NCBI RefSeq assembly: GCF_000143415.4
Contig: NW_003314294.1
Coordinates: 811,546-875,452, forward strand
Origin: Selaginella moellendorffii
Lineage: Eukaryota; Plantae; Lycopodiophyta
Direction: 5' to 3'
DNA length: 63,907 nt
In this document: positions 62,826-63,907 of the stretch, piece by piece
Position numbering within the stretch: the first letter of the stretch is position 1
How the letters are laid out: the number at the start of each line of letters is the position of its first letter
Position numbers and translations under genes: made by a program
The notes under the pieces: generated by a model
Database searches by the model: none
The model's input: only the letters and a program-made list of their open reading frames with translations
What the model was told of the DNA's origin: nothing

Positions 62826-63459
62826 ACTAATACAAGTTGATGGTGAAAGCCCAAAAAGATTGTCCCTTAGAGGGCTGTGAAGGGTTCCAAAAGTATAGTA
62901 AGGAAAGTGTGGGGGTTGAACTCCAGTGGAATTAATTTAACTAGAAAATGCTAGTGTGACCTAGTATGACCTAGGAAGGCTACACCTACATAGTGGGTGA
63001 TGATATAACCACTAAGGAGTCCAAGGTTAAAGTAAATATAAATAAACAAATAGGGTAGCTTGGTGAAGTGTTCAAGAGTCGACTATAACTCCTTTAAGAG
63101 ATCAAATGATCAATACTCTCAATCCAAGTATGGGTGGCACTATCTATTTGGATATTTAGTATGGCTTATCAGAACCTCACTCTAGCCATATGGCTAAGGC
63201 ATCCAGAAGCAGAAGGTAGGGGTAGTACCCATGAGGCTCATATTGGGCCACAGTGTTTCAAAATGGCTAGGGCACCCAGAAATAAAAGGTGGGGGAATAC
63301 CCACAAAGCTTGGGCTAGGCTATAATGTTTCAAAATGTCATTCCAAAGTCTAAGATTATAGAAAAGAAAAGGAGCAATCCTCTTGTGTAGAGACCAAGGA
63401 TAAAGTCACATAATGAGGAAGTCCCAGAGGTTAATGGAACTTAGTGGTCGAGCCTTCGG

Positions 63460-63907
63460 TGTAAGCTCTTAAATTTGGATTTCCCAGAATATCACCTAAC
63501 TCAATACTATTCAAACTTAAAAATACTCAACCTCAAATATCCCAAAACTCTTAATCGATTGGAAAAGAGGGTGCATTTTTGTTCATGGGCCCTTTCCATT
63601 TATATTTAAACCCTTATAGATTATCTCTTGAGTCATTCTTTATGGTTGCTTATAATTTACTATATTTCCCTACAAGTTCACACCTTCGTGAATAGAAGAT
63701 AGGAATCACAGCCCTCCTAAGAGCTCTACTCTCTTGAAACCCTACCCTTCAGGTCAAGCCCAATTAGAGGCAAATTAAACTTGCTAGATGTCAATCTCAA
63801 TAAGTGGTGTGATTCCCCTAGCCAACCAATAAAGTTAGACCCAAGATATATTTAATACCAAATATAAACTCCTGAGTTTTGACTTCTTTGGAGGTCACCC
63901 AATCTAA
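63460..63907 (-). mobile_element. Cassandra-like TRIM copy, truncated by the window end
   Basis: LTR 63460-63654 (TGTAAGCTC..GGTTGCTTATA); interior with GTGGTGTGATTCCCCTAGCCAAC; PBS remnant ATACCAAA; second LTR from 63863 with GGAGGTCACCC. Confidence 0.85.

Overview
Eukaryotic, land-plant nuclear DNA, not prokaryotic. It is most likely the lycophyte Selaginella, inferred from ~50-80 bp GT-AG introns, very compact gene spacing and many PLS/DYW PPR genes; the species cannot be proven from the sequence alone. From 2.2 to 16.4 kb lies a cluster of hAT (DUF659-type) DNA transposons. Their TIRs and 8-bp TSDs show two independent insertions plus a chimeric middle copy and a duplicated spacer, with a 5S-rRNA-bearing Cassandra-like TRIM nested in the third copy. 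From 16.4 to 39 kb is mostly decayed genes (GCN1/ILITYHIA, a Nup107-like fragment, PPR and PPR-DYW, an LRR receptor kinase, a frameshifted TPR-SET protein, LINE and gypsy fragments) around one intact germin-like gene and a ~950-bp foldback palindrome. From 39.5 to 45.8 kb is a tight block of apparently intact genes: a PHT1 phosphate transporter with a P1BS site, a coiled-coil gene, a small membrane-anchored protein and a 776-aa PPR. From 46 kb on is AT-rich degenerate repeat DNA with an assembly gap, a frameshifted chimeric bulb-type lectin, a young full-length Ty3/gypsy element (174-bp LTRs, tRNA-Ala PBS, 4-bp TSD) and two more Cassandra-like copies. No clearly new multi-gene system is evident. 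The best leads are the lycophyte Cassandra-like family, the hAT-driven rearrangement, the fungal-type TPR-SET architecture, the chimeric lectin and an apparent CpA>TpA erosion of repeats.
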